Of a DNA stretch of 64,000 nucleotides, positions 38,692 through 48,379 are shown piece after piece (the stretch's first letter is position 1; each line of letters opens with the position of its first letter). The notes beneath the pieces were generated by a model. It was not told where the DNA came from and did no database searches. It saw only the letters and a list, made by a program, of their open reading frames with translations. This DNA comes from an uncultured archaeon (lineage in GTDB: Archaea; Thermoproteota; Nitrososphaeria_A; Caldarchaeales; Calditenuaceae): positions 496-64,495 of the forward strand of contig CALIKS010000017.1 in assembly GCA_938017985.1 (NCBI GenBank), given 5' to 3'. The position numbers were made by a program, and so were the translations under genes.

Positions 38692-38750
38692 TATATATCC
38701 AGTCCAAGATGCATGATTTATAAAAATGCAGCATTATTGATTATTCAAGG

Positions 38751-39764
38751 ATGGAGACTTCTCTGAGAGACCATGACTACTTCGAGACGATTGATGGCTG
38801 GATATTCTGCGTGATTGGCGAGATTCATCCACCGGGGAGGGTCTTCAGCTTCCTGAAGTACATTCCAGGCGAGGGGCCATGGAGAGTCTTGGACAAGAGC
38901 TACACGAGGCTGATGAAGATCTACTCGGTGGAGGAGCTCCTGAGGGTCATGGAGTTCATAGAAAGAGAGAGACCTGAATATCTATACTTCGACGAGACAG
39001 TCTCTGAGAGAATCATTGCGCCGCCAGCATCCTCTATACTTAGGGTCTACTCGGCTAGGAGTGCGGTAGAAAAGCTCTTGGTCAATCCTCGGAGAGATGA
39101 TTTGTCAGGCCTTGCCTATGAGTTCTTATCAATGCTCTCCGAGCAGTCAGGCGTCAAGTTGTCAAGCTTCGGGATAAGTGGCTCACTCCTACTTGGAAAT
39201 CATCACAAAGCCTCAGACATCGACATACTGGTCTATGGACGCGAAGAGTACTGGAGGGTCTTAGAGACAATCGAGGCAATGACTAGAAGTGGAGAATTAA
39301 AGCTTTTCAGAGATGCTGGCTACGAGGACTGGCTTGCCAGAGCGTCTAGGAAGTATCCATTACTAAGCGTTGAGGAGATAAGGGCTCTCTCGAAGAGAAT
39401 CTCGAATAAGGGATTCTACAAGGGGAGAAAATTCTCGATTTATGGCGTCAGGTCTAGCCCCCTCCATACGTACGGCGAAGTGATTTATGAGCCTAGGGGC
39501 AGCGTTAGGACTGTCCTAGAGATAAAATCATCACTCGAGTCCGGATTTACTCCCGCAATATACTTCGTCGAGAAGAATGATTATGGAGTCGATAGAATCG
39601 TTACGTATGACATGATGCTTGCATGTCTTTTTAGGCCGGGAGACACTGTTGAGGTCTCAGGCAAACTTGAACATGCACGTAGAGGAGATAGAGTGGAGTG
39701 GAGACAGATACTCGTAGGCTCCTTCAAAGGCGTGGGTAAAGAATACATCAAGCTTATCCAATAG
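38751..39764 (+). CDS. Pol-beta-superfamily nucleotidyltransferase, paralog of 37280..38257
   Basis: NTase motif GISGSLLLGNHHKASDIDILVYG. It shares the N-terminal IHPPxRV segment and an OB-like C-terminus with its paralog. Confidence 0.6.
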   Translation: METSLRDHDYFETIDGWIFCVIGEIHPPGRVFSFLKYIPGEGPWRVLDKSYTRLMKIYSVEELLRVMEFIERERPEYLYFDETVSERIIAPPASSILRVYSARSAVEKLLVNPRRDDLSGLAYEFLSMLSEQSGVKLSSFGISGSLLLGNHHKASDIDILVYGREEYWRVLETIEAMTRSGELKLFRDAGYEDWLARASRKYPLLSVEEIRALSKRISNKGFYKGRKFSIYGVRSSPLHTYGEVIYEPRGSVRTVLEIKSSLESGFTPAIYFVEKNDYGVDRIVTYDMMLACLFRPGDTVEVSGKLEHARRGDRVEWRQILVGSFKGVGKEYIKLIQ

Positions 39765-39765
39765 T

Positions 39766-41307
39766 TCATTGCTCAAGTATCTTTCTAACTGTCTCGACTG
39801 CTCTAAGCTGTCTCCATAATGGTGCCCAAGGCATCATTACCAACTGATACCTAGGGTCTAGTGCCTTCTCCACGATTTTTCTGTCACCTCTCGATAAGTA
39901 TCCAGAGACGAGTGCTGATGCATAGTTCTCAAGCATCTCCCCATCTAAGTAGTGAGCCATGTATAGTACGCACTCAGCAATATCCCATGACGGGTCTCCC
40001 TTAAACGATGCCTGTTCAAGGTCTACTATCCATACGTTTCCATTTTTATCAATTATGAAGTTGTCTGGCTTGCAGTCGCCGATGATTACTCTTTCTCGAT
40101 GTATCTTTGCGAGTGTCTCTCCGCATAGTTTGGTGAGACTTGTTAAATCGCTTACTTGTTTTTTTGTCCAGAGCTGCGTTAGGTCTATTCCAGCTATTGC
40201 CTCCTCAATGATTATTTTTCTCTCCCAGTCAACATGTATGATGTTTGGAACGTTTAGTCCCTGCTCCTTAAGATAGTTCAGGTAGAATAGCTCGTTTCCC
40301 AGACGCATAGATGCTGAGTAGTAAAAGTTTCTGAGATGCATTGCCCACAGCTTCGCTGCAACCCACTTAACGTCTGTCCATGACTCGTATCTCTTTATGA
40401 ATAGCCTCGTAGATGTCTCTGAGTCTCTCTTCACGACTGCCATGTATGTCGAGTTAAATATCGAGCCTGTCTTTGTCAGCGTTATTTCTCCGCCTTCATG
40501 CATGACGTAGCTATTGAGTATGTCATATACGTCCTGATTCATTGCGAGCGTATTAGTACCGCCCGAAGTTTTTACGTATGCGTATTGCTCAGGGTCTAAT
40601 GGCTTGTCCTCGACTGGTATGTCCACCATGTCTGATATTAATAGTAATGGACTTATGATTCCTATCTTGCCTGTCCTGAATAGGTTTGCTATACGCGAAT
40701 CTATCTTTATACTTCTGGCCGACCGCCATGGAAAATTGGAGTCTAAATCTCTTGCAACCTCCTGATTAATCATATAGTACCGGCCATCCTTGAATAGGAA
40801 CCCCTCACTGCTCAGCTTGTCAAGCTCACTCTCAACTCTTCTAAGCACAGCTCCTAGAAGATTGCTTGAACTGTCGGCCGCCCACCAATATATCCGCTGG
40901 GCAGGCGGGTAGAAGGATACTCTTGCCTTAATTTTTTTAAGCAGGAAATATTCTGGAAGAAATCTTATCCTGAAGACACCCATTCCATAGTCGCTGAATG
41001 CGTCATAAATTATCTCGAGTATAGTTCTTCGTATGTATTTCTCTGCGAGTATCATTATTTGGTCTTCACCGAGACGTACCTTGAATGGTGTTAGGAGCCT
41101 AGACGCGAAATACTCGCCTGACTCTGATTTTTCTACATCTCTCCGCATCGCTTCGAGCCCTACTATTATCTTCTTCGACGCCTCATCCTCACTGGTCGTT
41201 GTGGCTATTCTTACTCCTTGACGAGCCTCGAGCAATTCATTTTTTATTCCTTCTCGTGTCTTTACAGGATATTCTATGAGGACGAGGGCTGGACCACTCT
41301 CGCTCAA
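39766..41307 (-). CDS. atypical protein kinase (RIO/Bud32/Kdo-like catalytic domain) with ~300-aa unknown N-terminal region
   Basis: The C-terminal catalytic loop is IIGDCKPDNFII and the metal-binding segment is WIVDLEQAS. I do not recognise the N-terminal two-thirds. Confidence 0.55.
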   Translation of the reverse strand: MSESGPALVLIEYPVKTREGIKNELLEARQGVRIATTTSEDEASKKIIVGLEAMRRDVEKSESGEYFASRLLTPFKVRLGEDQIMILAEKYIRRTILEIIYDAFSDYGMGVFRIRFLPEYFLLKKIKARVSFYPPAQRIYWWAADSSSNLLGAVLRRVESELDKLSSEGFLFKDGRYYMINQEVARDLDSNFPWRSARSIKIDSRIANLFRTGKIGIISPLLLISDMVDIPVEDKPLDPEQYAYVKTSGGTNTLAMNQDVYDILNSYVMHEGGEITLTKTGSIFNSTYMAVVKRDSETSTRLFIKRYESWTDVKWVAAKLWAMHLRNFYYSASMRLGNELFYLNYLKEQGLNVPNIIHVDWERKIIIEEAIAGIDLTQLWTKKQVSDLTSLTKLCGETLAKIHRERVIIGDCKPDNFIIDKNGNVWIVDLEQASFKGDPSWDIAECVLYMAHYLDGEMLENYASALVSGYLSRGDRKIVEKALDPRYQLVMMPWAPLWRQLRAVETVRKILEQ

Positions 41308-41411
41308 TATTGCATCTACTAGAATATTCCGTCCTCATAGACATAAATCTATAGAGATACTCGTCATAGGAAGTTTAATATGAATGGCGCTATAATTATA
41401 GTCGTCTGAAA

Positions 41412-42746
41412 ATGGCGGACGTTGAGAGACTCTCAAGAGATGCATTAAGATTAGCTAAGAATGCTGGAGCGACGGATGCTGCACTGAATTATTACTCAAC
41501 TAAAACATACATGGTGAGGTTCTCTAACAACGAAGTAACCATATCGAATGTCTTCATAGAGGAATATGCAGAGTTCTACGTTGCTATTAAGGAGAGAAGA
41601 GCGATAACCTCGACGAATATTATTTCTTCAAAGTCGTTTAAGGAGCTTGTAAACAATGCTGTCTCTATTGCTAAGAGTGCTCCACCATCAGACATATATG
41701 CACCGCTTCCCAAGGGCCCATTCAAATATGATAAAAAACTACTCGACCAGAGACTCGGTAGAGTAACTCATGAAAAACTTATCGATTGGGTCGAGGAGGC
41801 AATTAATGCTGCGCTAAAAGAAGGAGCCAAGAGAGTCGCCGGCTCACTAATCTTCACTAAGGAGTATAGATTCTTGATGACGACCGAGAAGGTCATGGCT
41901 GAGCATAGAAAGGACAACCTCGAGATATCTGTAAGGGCTTTCTTAGACGGAGAATCGAGCGGCCAGTTCGCGGCAGCCTCAGGCTCGACTGAGGAGTTTA
42001 GGCCAGAGGAGGTGGGCTCAAAGGCCGGAGAGATTGCCAAGATGGCTGAAAATCCCAGCCCAGTCGAGCCGGGCATTTATGACGCCATCATCAGTCCAAT
42101 GACACTAGCAAATATCTTAGAAGAGGTTGGAGATATGGCTTCAGGCTTCTACGTAGATTCTGGAATATCATTCTTGAAGGATAAGCTCGGAGAAAGAGTC
42201 GCGTCTGAGGCGCTTACTCTTATTGACGACCCAACCCTTCATGGCACTTATGGCGCTGAGCCCTTCGACGACGAGGGACTACCAACTAGGAGAAACATAA
42301 TCATAGAGAATGGCGTTTTAAAGACGTATCTCCACAACTCTTCCACGGCGAAGAAATTCAATGTTGAGAGCACGGCTAATGCTGGACTGATTGTTCCCGG
42401 CCCATTCAACCTAGTCGTAGAGGGAGGAACAGAATCTCTGAGCAGCCTAATCTCCAAGATAGACAGAGGAGTCCTAGTCACTAATGACTGGTACCTGAGG
42501 TATCGAGACACCTCTCGCGGAGACTTCTCAACAATTCCAAGAGATGGACTATTCCTCATAATCAATGGAGGCATCGAGAGACCAATAAGAGAGCTGAGAA
42601 TAAGCGATAACATCCTTAGACTATTACAGAACATAGAGTACATGACCCATGATAAGTACTGGATTAAGTGGTGGGAGGTGGAGACACCGGTAAAAGCACC
42701 CTACGCCCTAATCAGAGACGTAAACTTTACAAAATCAACGATATAA
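41412..42746 (+). CDS. TldD/PmbA-family metalloprotease (peptidase U62)
   Basis: The length and C-terminal pattern (GLIVPGPFNLVVEGG, GVLVT, FLIINGGIERPIREL) are typical of PmbA/TldD. Confidence 0.75.
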   Translation: MADVERLSRDALRLAKNAGATDAALNYYSTKTYMVRFSNNEVTISNVFIEEYAEFYVAIKERRAITSTNIISSKSFKELVNNAVSIAKSAPPSDIYAPLPKGPFKYDKKLLDQRLGRVTHEKLIDWVEEAINAALKEGAKRVAGSLIFTKEYRFLMTTEKVMAEHRKDNLEISVRAFLDGESSGQFAAASGSTEEFRPEEVGSKAGEIAKMAENPSPVEPGIYDAIISPMTLANILEEVGDMASGFYVDSGISFLKDKLGERVASEALTLIDDPTLHGTYGAEPFDDEGLPTRRNIIIENGVLKTYLHNSSTAKKFNVESTANAGLIVPGPFNLVVEGGTESLSSLISKIDRGVLVTNDWYLRYRDTSRGDFSTIPRDGLFLIINGGIERPIRELRISDNILRLLQNIEYMTHDKYWIKWWEVETPVKAPYALIRDVNFTKSTI

Positions 42747-42754
42747 TAAAAAAA

Positions 42755-43261
42755 TTAAAACTTGTATCCAATCTTTCTGAGGAATTCCCTTCTATGCATA
42801 ATGTCTTTTTCAGCCTCGATGCCCATCGACTTGTAACCATCAATGACGCCTACAACTCCTCGACCAGTCTTTCCGTCGCCCTGCGCTGCCTCAGCCACTA
42901 TGACTTGTAGTGGATTGGCCGTGGCGGCGAGTATTGTGCATAGCTCTGGCACCTCCTTGAGGCGTCCCAGGATGTTTATCGGGTAGAGATTCCTAAGGAT
43001 GATTAGGAATGTATGTCCGCATCCTATCCTTAGCAGGTTTTCAGCCGCGAGTCTCCTAAGCTCCTCGTCGGTTCCCTCGTGCCTGATTAGGCATGGCCCG
43101 CTTGCCTCTGCGAACGCGACTCCGAACTTTGCTCCTGGGACGGTGTTGACAACTGCCTCGTAGAGGTCCTCGACGCTCTTTATGAAGTGTGTGATTCCGA
43201 AGACGGCGTTGCATCCCTCGGGAAAATCTATCTTCACTAACTCAAACCTAATTTCAGACAT
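42755..43261 (-). CDS. adenosine-specific kinase family protein (COG1839-like)
   Basis: The HFIKSVEDLYEAV...PGAKFGVAFAEASGPCLIRHEG...GCGHTFLIILRNLYPINIL...ATANPLQVIV pattern matches my recollection of this conserved archaeal family. Confidence 0.5.
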   Translation of the reverse strand: MSEIRFELVKIDFPEGCNAVFGITHFIKSVEDLYEAVVNTVPGAKFGVAFAEASGPCLIRHEGTDEELRRLAAENLLRIGCGHTFLIILRNLYPINILGRLKEVPELCTILAATANPLQVIVAEAAQGDGKTGRGVVGVIDGYKSMGIEAEKDIMHRREFLRKIGYKF

Positions 43262-43379
43262 CTCAAAACCTAGCGATTAGGCTCGGATAAAAAATATTTT
43301 CCTAGTCTTCTTGTCTTCATGGCTTATACTTATATTGGATTCTTTAGGGATTAGGGAGTAAGATTTGGGGGGTTGATGC

Positions 43380-44150
43380 GTGTTGGGACGTCTTGATGGA
43401 AGGGTATGCCTCATAACTGGAGCCTCGAGGGGGATAGGAAAGGCGATAGCCCTCGAGATGGCTAGGGAGGGCGGAAGAATAGTTGGGAACGCGACCTCGG
43501 AGAAGAGTCTGGAGGGCCTGGGGAGGGAGCTTAGAGAGATGGGGGCGGACTACGTGTTGATTCCCGCAGACCTCTCAACGACTGAGGGCTGCATCAGCCT
43601 AGTGAGGGCCGCAGCAGACTCGATGCGTAGGATAGACGTGCTTGTCAACAATGCTGGAATAAACATTGTTAGGAGTATTGATGAGCTCGCTGTCGAGGAC
43701 TGGGAGGCGGTAATTAACGTAAACCTCAAGGCGCCGTTCCTCTGCTCGAAGTATGCCTCAGAGTTGATGAAGAGTCAGAGATATGGCAGGATTATTAATA
43801 TTGCCTCGGTTGCGTCGTTTGTGAGTCTTCCTGGAAGGAGTGCCTACAACTCCTCGAAGGCCGGAATTCTCGGGCTGACTAGGACGCTGGCGGTGGAGCT
43901 GGCTCCATTCGGAATAACGGTCAACGCCATTGCTCCGGGATTGATAGAGACAGAGATGCTTAGACAGAGAATAGATGAGGGGTCGTTAAAGATAGACGCT
44001 GCGATTAGAAAGATACCGCTCGGAAGGCTTGGAAGACCAGTAGACATCGCGAGGACCGCAGTATTCCTAGCAAGCGATGACTCATCCTACATAACTGGGC
44101 AGGTAATAGTGGTTGATGGAGGATTCCTAGCGCTTGCTCTTCCTCAGTAG
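43380..44150 (+). CDS. short-chain dehydrogenase/reductase (FabG-like)
   Basis: TGASRGIGK, NNAG and YNSSK catalytic motifs are present. The start codon is GTG. Confidence 0.85.
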   Translation: MLGRLDGRVCLITGASRGIGKAIALEMAREGGRIVGNATSEKSLEGLGRELREMGADYVLIPADLSTTEGCISLVRAAADSMRRIDVLVNNAGINIVRSIDELAVEDWEAVINVNLKAPFLCSKYASELMKSQRYGRIINIASVASFVSLPGRSAYNSSKAGILGLTRTLAVELAPFGITVNAIAPGLIETEMLRQRIDEGSLKIDAAIRKIPLGRLGRPVDIARTAVFLASDDSSYITGQVIVVDGGFLALALPQ

Positions 44151-44156
44151 TAATAT

Positions 44157-45098
44157 TTACTCAGGCTCGGCCAGCGTTACTGAGACGTCTCTTGCTCCAT
44201 AGTAAGAGATGACTCTGAGGCTTACAGTCCTGCCGGGCTTTCTTCTCTCGATGATTGATTTCAGCTCCTCGATTCCTGAGAGCGCCGTGCCGTCTATGCT
44301 GACTATTATGTCTCCTCTCATTATTCCCGCCTCCTCTGCTGGTGAGCCTGGAGCGACGTCGACGACGAGCACTCCACTGCTGACTGGGAGTCCATAGTAC
44401 TCTGAGAGCTGTGGCATTATTGATACTCCGTATATTCCTAGCCAGGGCTTCACTACGCGTCCATATTTTATGAGCTGCTCGAGGACGTTCTTTACTACGT
44501 TTATCGATATCGCGAAGCCTATGCCCTGCGCGTATGGAATTATCGCGGTGCTTATCCCTATGACTTCTCCATCCGTGTTGAGTATTGGCCCGCCACTGTT
44601 TCCAGGGTTGATTGGAGCGTCTGTCTGGATTAGCTCCTCGACGTATCCTATATCTGTCTTTATCTTTCTTTTTAGGGCGCTTATCACGCCGACCGTCACT
44701 GTCGGTCCTCCGAGCATGAATCCAAGCGGGTTTCCTATCACGATTGCTATCTGTCCGACTCTCAGCTTGTCTGAGTCGCCCAGCGTTGCAGCCTTTAAGT
44801 TGTCCGCGTCTATTTTTAGGAGCGCGACATCGTATGACGGGTCTCCTCCCACGTAGGCTGCGTCAAACCTCCTACCATCATGTAGCAAGACCTGAATCTT
44901 CCTCGACCTTCCGACGACGTGATAGTTTGTCACGATATAGCCGTCTTTGCTGATTATTAGTCCTGAACCCATGCCCTCGACTGGAAGTGGTCTAAAGACG
45001 TAGTCGTGAAAGATCTTGACTGTGCTTACGCTAACGACGCTTGGCGTTACCTTCTCGACTGCTCCCGTGATTGCTTCTTCAAGACTAGTTATTGGCAT
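44157..45098 (-). CDS. HtrA/DegP-like serine protease with PDZ domain
   Basis: Trypsin-like core is present (TNYHVV, DVALLKI, GNSGGP), with a C-terminal PDZ domain (GDIIVSIDG). Confidence 0.85.
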   Translation of the reverse strand: MPITSLEEAITGAVEKVTPSVVSVSTVKIFHDYVFRPLPVEGMGSGLIISKDGYIVTNYHVVGRSRKIQVLLHDGRRFDAAYVGGDPSYDVALLKIDADNLKAATLGDSDKLRVGQIAIVIGNPLGFMLGGPTVTVGVISALKRKIKTDIGYVEELIQTDAPINPGNSGGPILNTDGEVIGISTAIIPYAQGIGFAISINVVKNVLEQLIKYGRVVKPWLGIYGVSIMPQLSEYYGLPVSSGVLVVDVAPGSPAEEAGIMRGDIIVSIDGTALSGIEELKSIIERRKPGRTVSLRVISYYGARDVSVTLAEPE

Positions 45099-45175
45099 GA
45101 ATAAGTGTTATTCGGTGCGTTATATAAAAATGATTTAAGTACTATTTCTCGGTCTGTTAATGGTGTCGCTAGGGA

Positions 45176-45946
45176 ATGGCGGCTAGAAGCAGGAGCATCC
45201 TGAGAATCATTATGAACAGGAGATCGATAAGGGCCTTTCATCCAAAAAAGATTAGTCCATCAGTGGTTAGGCTATTGGTCGAGGCGGGGCAGAGGGCTCC
45301 ATGCACCTATCAGTCCTACAGTGTCATAATAATCGAGAATGAAGATGTCAAGTCGAAGCTCGCAGAACTGACTGATGACCAGCTCTTTGTAAAGGCTCCA
45401 TTATTAATGCTGATATGCATCGACTTCAGGAGGACCGCCCTCATGTTTGACCAACTGACAGATAAGCACGTACTCAGAAGCGACAGACATCCAGTCGAGA
45501 CCATCGAGGCAATCTTTGAAGCGGGACTCTTCGCCGAGAACATCGTGATTGCTGCTGAGGCGCTGGGCTATGGCTCAGTCATGCTTGACTGGGCATTATG
45601 GATGAATAAGGAGGTGTCCTCACTACTAAGGCTTCCTAAAGGAGTCACGCCGTTAATATTTCTATGCATTGGTCTCTCTGCTGAGAAGCCTCCGCTCAGG
45701 CCTAGGCTGCCATTAGAGATGATTCTGCATCATGAAGAGTATAGGGAGCCGAGTGCTGAGGAGCTTAGAAAATACATTGAAGAGGCATCCATGAAGCTCG
45801 CCAAGGAGAACTATCTCAAGAAGTATGCGAATTCGAATAAGACCTACTTAGAATATCTATCGGAAAAGATAGCCGTGGATAAGCAAGTCGAGAAGCTCAA
45901 CTCTTCCATATCAAGCTTCCTAAACAATAATGGCATCAAGATTTAG
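45176..45946 (+). CDS. nitroreductase-family protein
   Basis: The N-terminal RRSIRAF motif and overall nitroreductase layout are present. Confidence 0.7.
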   Translation: MAARSRSILRIIMNRRSIRAFHPKKISPSVVRLLVEAGQRAPCTYQSYSVIIIENEDVKSKLAELTDDQLFVKAPLLMLICIDFRRTALMFDQLTDKHVLRSDRHPVETIEAIFEAGLFAENIVIAAEALGYGSVMLDWALWMNKEVSSLLRLPKGVTPLIFLCIGLSAEKPPLRPRLPLEMILHHEEYREPSAEELRKYIEEASMKLAKENYLKKYANSNKTYLEYLSEKIAVDKQVEKLNSSISSFLNNNGIKI

Positions 45947-46004
45947 TAAGTATCTCATTTGCTAAAGAGACATAATTATAAATCAGTAATGGGAGGCTAT
46001 TTAC

Positions 46005-47063
46005 GTGGAACTGGATAAAGAGCTAGCCATATACGTCGAACTAGTAAACAACGCGTTAATGAAGCATTTCCCAATCGAGGCTAGGAGTGATTATTTGTCT
46101 ACTCTTACTGGACTCGAGGACGCGGTCTTCGACGAGGCAGCAATAAATGAAACCGTTACTAAGCCTGCCTGGGACTTACTATCTAGGGGTGGGAAGAGGT
46201 GGAGACCAGTAATTATGCTTCTTACATACGAGGCGCTTGGAGGAGACCCGAGAGAGATAGCAGACCTCTCGATAATCATTGAGCTCATACATAACGGAAC
46301 ACTCGCAGTCGACGACGTCGAGGATGACAGCGACCTAAGACGAGGAAAGCCCTGCATCCACAAGATCTATGGAGTAGACGTGGCAATAAACATGGGAAAC
46401 ACACTTTACTACCTTCCACTTGTCTATTTTATGCGTCTCGGAAATTATACCTCTGAAGTTATGAGTGAATTAACTAGGATTTACTTGGAGGAGATGTTGA
46501 ACCTAAGCCTAGGCCAGGCACTAGACATTGCGTGGCATAGGTCGCTGAACAAGTCAGTGACCGAGGAAATGTACTTAACAATGTGCAGGCTCAAGACTGG
46601 CTCCCTCGCCAGGCTATCTGCAAGAATGGCGTGCAGGCTGGCCAAAGTCTCGGAGGCAGAGGAGAAGAAGGTCTCAAACTTTTCAGACGCAATAGCCGTA
46701 GCATTCCAGATTCAAGACGATATCCTAAACATCGTCGGAGAGGAGGCACTCTATGGAAAAGAAATCGGCGGAGACATAAAGGAGGGAAAAAGAACACTAA
46801 TGGTCATATACGCATTGAGGACTCTTGAGAAGCGTGAGGCAGAACGGCTCAATGAGATACTTCAGATGAGGACAAGCGAGCCTGAGCTAATAAAGGAGGC
46901 AATATACTTGATAAAAAAGTCAGGAGCAGTAAAATACGCCGAGGAAAAAGCAAAACAAATCATAAAAGACGCATGGCAGAAGGTTGAAGACGTATTCATC
47001 GAGGGCAAGGCAAAAGAACTCCTCAGAGGACTCACAGAATTCCTAATAACGAGAAAATTCTAG
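46005..47063 (+). CDS. idsA: polyprenyl (geranylgeranyl) diphosphate synthase
   Basis: The first Asp-rich motif is LAVDDVEDDSDLRRG and the second is FQIQDDILN. The start codon is GTG. Confidence 0.85.
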   Translation: MELDKELAIYVELVNNALMKHFPIEARSDYLSTLTGLEDAVFDEAAINETVTKPAWDLLSRGGKRWRPVIMLLTYEALGGDPREIADLSIIIELIHNGTLAVDDVEDDSDLRRGKPCIHKIYGVDVAINMGNTLYYLPLVYFMRLGNYTSEVMSELTRIYLEEMLNLSLGQALDIAWHRSLNKSVTEEMYLTMCRLKTGSLARLSARMACRLAKVSEAEEKKVSNFSDAIAVAFQIQDDILNIVGEEALYGKEIGGDIKEGKRTLMVIYALRTLEKREAERLNEILQMRTSEPELIKEAIYLIKKSGAVKYAEEKAKQIIKDAWQKVEDVFIEGKAKELLRGLTEFLITRKF

Positions 47064-47196
47064 TAACGACTACTCTGACAATCTAGTCCTCAAATATTGA
47101 ACCATCATGCAAGAATGAAAATAGAGAAATAATTAATTATTTCATAGAAAATATATTCTTGTTTGTTACTCTTAGTATAGAAATGAATAGTCCAAG

Positions 47197-47883
47197 ATGA
47201 GCGATGCGAAGATGAGTAAGACAAACAACATAGACATGATGATAGCCGACCGAGAATTATCCAAAAGCATAATGAAAGTGTTAAGCAATTTTCATGAAAA
47301 TTCCAGATGCTTAACAGGCAGAGACCGCATTGAGCCGACCATCAAGAGCGCTCAAAGAGCTTTTTATATAGCCCCTAAGAATAAATACGCGATGAATGAA
47401 AAGATGAGACTGAGCCTGCAGTACGGAGAGTTAAAGGCAGAGTTCGAAGGCACACCCGAGGAAGTCATGACGCTCTTGATAAGATTTATCGAGCAACAAT
47501 TACCGTCAATCTCCATCGCCCGCAGAATAACCCTCACAGTCGACCTAGAGTCCCTAATAGACGCAGTCGAGACATACATCGGCTACAGCAAGGAAGACGG
47601 ATTCTTCCTCAAGCCCGGATTCCAGCAGCTACCCTCATCAGACCAGATACTCCTACTCCTCGCCAAGCGACACCTCGAGAACATCTGGGGAATAACTCAG
47701 ACACCAACAATGAATGCACGCGAGATCGCGGACAAGCTAGGACTAAAAGAGGGAACATCATCCTCAAGGCTGACAGAACTATTAAGAAAAGGAATGGTTA
47801 GAAGATTAGAGAGAGGAGACTATGCAATAACAACGCTTGGACTACAAGAACTCATGAAACTAAAAAAACAAAAGAATGACTAG
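47197..47883 (+). CDS. small winged-helix protein, unknown family (possible true start ATG 47392)
   Basis: C-terminal wHTH NAREIADKLGLKEGTSSSRLTELLRKGMVRRLERGDYAIT. The segment MNEKMRLSLQYGELKAEFEGTPEEV aligns with the N-terminus of the convergent neighbour. TATA-like TTTTTATATA at 47361-70 lies about 26 nt upstream of ATG 47392. Confidence 0.55.
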   Translation: MSDAKMSKTNNIDMMIADRELSKSIMKVLSNFHENSRCLTGRDRIEPTIKSAQRAFYIAPKNKYAMNEKMRLSLQYGELKAEFEGTPEEVMTLLIRFIEQQLPSISIARRITLTVDLESLIDAVETYIGYSKEDGFFLKPGFQQLPSSDQILLLLAKRHLENIWGITQTPTMNAREIADKLGLKEGTSSSRLTELLRKGMVRRLERGDYAITTLGLQELMKLKKQKND

Positions 47884-48338
47884 ACAGCCTCGGCTCCAAG
47901 ACTATCGCCCTGCCTCCCCTCCACCTCGCCGCCCACAATCGGCTCCCTACCCTGCCTCACGCGATAAGTATACCTGCGAGGCGCACCCTCCCTCACGAGC
48001 CGCTCCTCCCTCACGAGGTCCAACAACCCATGCGCAATCGCGGTAGAATCATAGGAATAACCCCTACGAGCAATCTCGGCCACCACGTCGGACAAACTCC
48101 TCGAAACAGAAAACCAGCCCTCATCAATAAGACGCTCCAAAATATCCCTACAACGACTAACCCTACGCCTCTCCTCAACGCCACGCTCAGCCTGCCGACG
48201 ACCCAACGCCGAAACAACACGACTAACAGCCTCCTCAAGCTGCTCAGGAAGCGCCTCAATCTCGACCGTCGCGTCCCCGACCGTTATCCTTACCTTGATG
48301 CGTTCATTCATGTTCATCTTGACCATCTTGCGCAACAT
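47880..48338 (-). CDS. small winged-helix protein, distant paralog of 47197..47883
   Basis: The N-terminus MNERIKVRITVGDATVEIEALPEQL aligns with the neighbour. C-terminal wHTH is SLSDVVAEIARRGYSYDSTAIAHGLLDLVREERLVRE. The coding strand is strongly G-rich. Possible starts are ATG 48338, 48317 or 48311. Confidence 0.55.
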   Translation of the reverse strand: MLRKMVKMNMNERIKVRITVGDATVEIEALPEQLEEAVSRVVSALGRRQAERGVEERRRVSRCRDILERLIDEGWFSVSRSLSDVVAEIARRGYSYDSTAIAHGLLDLVREERLVREGAPRRYTYRVRQGREPIVGGEVEGRQGDSLGAEAV

Positions 48339-48379
48339 TAATAAGCAACCAAGACCAACAAATAACGGAGAAACAAGCC

